Shown: positions 62,420-64,000 of the stretch, one piece after another
Position numbering within the stretch: the first letter of the stretch is position 1
Layout of the letters: each line of letters opens with the position of its first letter
NCBI GenBank assembly: GCA_963708025.1
Contig: CAVPSB010000025.1
Span: 288,001 to 352,000, forward strand
Reading direction: 5' to 3'
From: an uncultured Candidatus Rokubacteria bacterium
GTDB lineage: Bacteria; Methylomirabilota; Methylomirabilia; Rokubacteriales; DASRDR01
Length of the DNA: 64,000 nt
Translations under genes and position numbers: made by a program
The notes under the pieces: generated by a model
Database searches by the model: none
What the model was told of the DNA's origin: nothing
What the model saw: only the letters and a program-made list of their open reading frames with translations

Positions 62420-63595
62420 TCAGGGCGTGAGCAGGAAGCGCGTTCCCTGATAGCTCAGGATCACGCCGTCGGGGGTGATCGCCTCGAGCGTGAGCTTGCC
62501 GTCGACCGCCTGGCCCTCGGTGTACTTCCGGCCGTTGATGAAGACCAGACCCTCTCCCGGGCGCTCGGAGTAGACCAGCACCTCGAGCTTCAAGCTGGGG
62601 AGGGACTGGCGGAACCCGGACGGCATCCGGTCGAGGGGGAGCGCGGTCGGGCCAGCCGCGGGGCGCGCTGCCCGAGGCTGGGGCAGCGCGGCGGCGGCGC
62701 CCGGGGGTGCGGTCGTTGGCGGTGGCCCGAGCGTGGGCAAGGCTGGCCGCGCGGGCGCTGCCGGGGCGGCGGGGGTCACGGGGATCGGCGCGGGCTCGGG
62801 TCGTGGCGCGGCGGCGATGCTCGGCGGCACGGCCGGGAGCGGCGGGGCGGGGACGGGCACGGCCGGCGGCGCGGGGGCGGCCGGCGCGGCGGGGATCGGC
62901 ACGGGCTCGGGTCGCGGCGCGGCGGTGATGCTCGGGGTCGCGGCCGGGAGCGGTGGGGCGGGGACGGGCACGGCGGGCGGGGCTGGGGCGGCCGGCGCGG
63001 CGGGGGCTGCGGCGATCGGCGCAGGCTCGGGTCGGGGCGCGACGGTGGGCGATGCGGGCGCGGGTGCCCCCGCCGCCGGCCTCATGCTGGTCGACGGCAG
63101 GGTCGCCTCGCTCGGAACGGACGGCGCCCTCGGGCCGTCGCCACGCGGGGCGGGGCCGGGATTGTCGGCCGCGCGAGCCGCCGGCCGGGGTTCCGGAGGG
63201 GCCGGCCGGGAGGTGGCGTTGACGCGGGGGGGCGCGATCACGGGCCCCCCCGGAGGGTTCCGCTCGACGCTCGCGGGGGCGGGACCCGCCACCGGTCGGG
63301 AGTGGGGCGGAGGCGCCGCGGAGGGATCCGGAGGCGGCGCCGGTCGTGGCGCGGCGGGCGGCGCCCCGGCGGGCTCGAGGGTTGCGCTCGCGCGCGGGGC
63401 GGGGACCGCGAGCGATGCGGGGCGGAAGACCCAGACGAGGACGCCGGCATTCAGGACCACGACGGCGGCCAGCACCCAGGGCCACGCGCGCCGTCGCCCG
63501 CGGCGGGCCGAGGCCGCGGGCACCTCCAGGATCCGCGCCCGACCGAGACGGCGCTCGCGCTCGGCCTTCTTGAGGGCGTCCAGGATGTAGGACAT
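62420..63595 (-). CDS. gspB: General secretion pathway protein B-like with long Pro/Ala linker
   Basis: MSYILDALKKAERER, one TM helix, C-terminal VYSERP..VFING..EG..LEAITPDGVIL. Confidence 0.85.
   Translation of the reverse strand: MSYILDALKKAERERRLGRARILEVPAASARRGRRRAWPWVLAAVVVLNAGVLVWVFRPASLAVPAPRASATLEPAGAPPAAPRPAPPPDPSAAPPPHSRPVAGPAPASVERNPPGGPVIAPPRVNATSRPAPPEPRPAARAADNPGPAPRGDGPRAPSVPSEATLPSTSMRPAAGAPAPASPTVAPRPEPAPIAAAPAAPAAPAPPAVPVPAPPLPAATPSITAAPRPEPVPIPAAPAAPAPPAVPVPAPPLPAVPPSIAAAPRPEPAPIPVTPAAPAAPARPALPTLGPPPTTAPPGAAAALPQPRAARPAAGPTALPLDRMPSGFRQSLPSLKLEVLVYSERPGEGLVFINGRKYTEGQAVDGKLTLEAITPDGVILSYQGTRFLLTP
62755..63042 (-). repeat. About three imperfect tandem 111-120 bp repeats encoding APRPEP..PAVPVPAPPLPA
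   Basis: GGCTCGGGTCG anchors near 62793, 62904 and 63024. Confidence 0.8.
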
Positions 63596-63599
63596 CGCG

Positions 63600-64000
63600 C
63601 TACTCGGACCGCCCGGGGCGCGACAGGAGCGGCCGGCTCGGATCCGGGACGGCGGTCGTGAGCTGGAAGAGCGTCTCCTCGCCCACGATGCCGTCGGGGA
63701 GGAGCGACCGGCTGCGCTGGAACGCCATCACGCGCGCCTTGAGCTCGTCGTCGTAGACGTCGCGGCGGCGTCCTTCCAGGGGCCGCCCGTCGATGGCGCG
63801 CAGCCGCTGGCTCAGCCACTCGACGTCCTTGCCGCGCGTGCCCGGACCCAGCAGGCTCAGGCTGACCGGCGGCGCTTTCCAGAGGACGATGAACGCCCCG
63901 TCCCACAGCGGGTCGATCTCGGCGAGCGGGAACGTGAAGGGCTTGCCGCCGATCTCGAGCGTGGCCCGGTCCTGCTCCAGCCCGGTGAGCGTCGCGTAGT
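63600..64000 (-). CDS. ExeA/GspA C-terminal part with peptidoglycan-binding domain (partial, continues beyond the window)
   Basis: W.APP..LGPGTRGKDVEWLSQRL..YDDELKARVMAFQRSRSLLPDGIVGEET; directly upstream of gspB. Confidence 0.8.
   Translation of the reverse strand, partial: YATLTGLEQDRATLEIGGKPFTFPLAEIDPLWDGAFIVLWKAPPVSLSLLGPGTRGKDVEWLSQRLRAIDGRPLEGRRRDVYDDELKARVMAFQRSRSLLPDGIVGEETLFQLTTAVPDPSRPLLSRPGRSE

Overview
Very GC-rich bacterial chromosome segment. The gene content (zinc-ribbon/AAA/TPR class III cyclase, several Uma2 genes, liv/dpp transporters) resembles Candidatus Rokubacteria; this is an inference, not tested. Many genes are split by single-base frameshifts clustered at about 1.5-2.2 kb and 50.7-57.6 kb, which look like long-read errors. 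The core is an aromatic-acid catabolism region: hcrC-hcrA-hcrB (4-hydroxybenzoyl-CoA reductase-like) in one apparent operon with boxC-boxB, an XRE-cupin regulator and a PaaK-like ligase, plus a benzoate-CoA ligase, 3-hydroxyanthranilate dioxygenase and thiolase elsewhere. Other genes include ttuB-ttuA, three class III cyclases, ABC transporters, a UvrD helicase-nuclease between two Uma2 genes, and gspB/exeA. The most notable non-obvious features are: (1) a P-loop toxin-like two-gene cassette inside the hcr operon, bounded by a 102-bp direct repeat of the hcrA/hcrB junction; (2) a dispersed, modular G/C-tract palindromic repeat family that often begins at TGA stop codons and is translated in frame as protein termini; (3) a TlpA-like probable selenoprotein (UxxC plus SECIS-like hairpin) split in the ORF track; (4) a 27-aa desulforedoxin-like microprotein; (5) a 108-bp MITE at a TAG stop codon; (6) many apparently leaderless genes.
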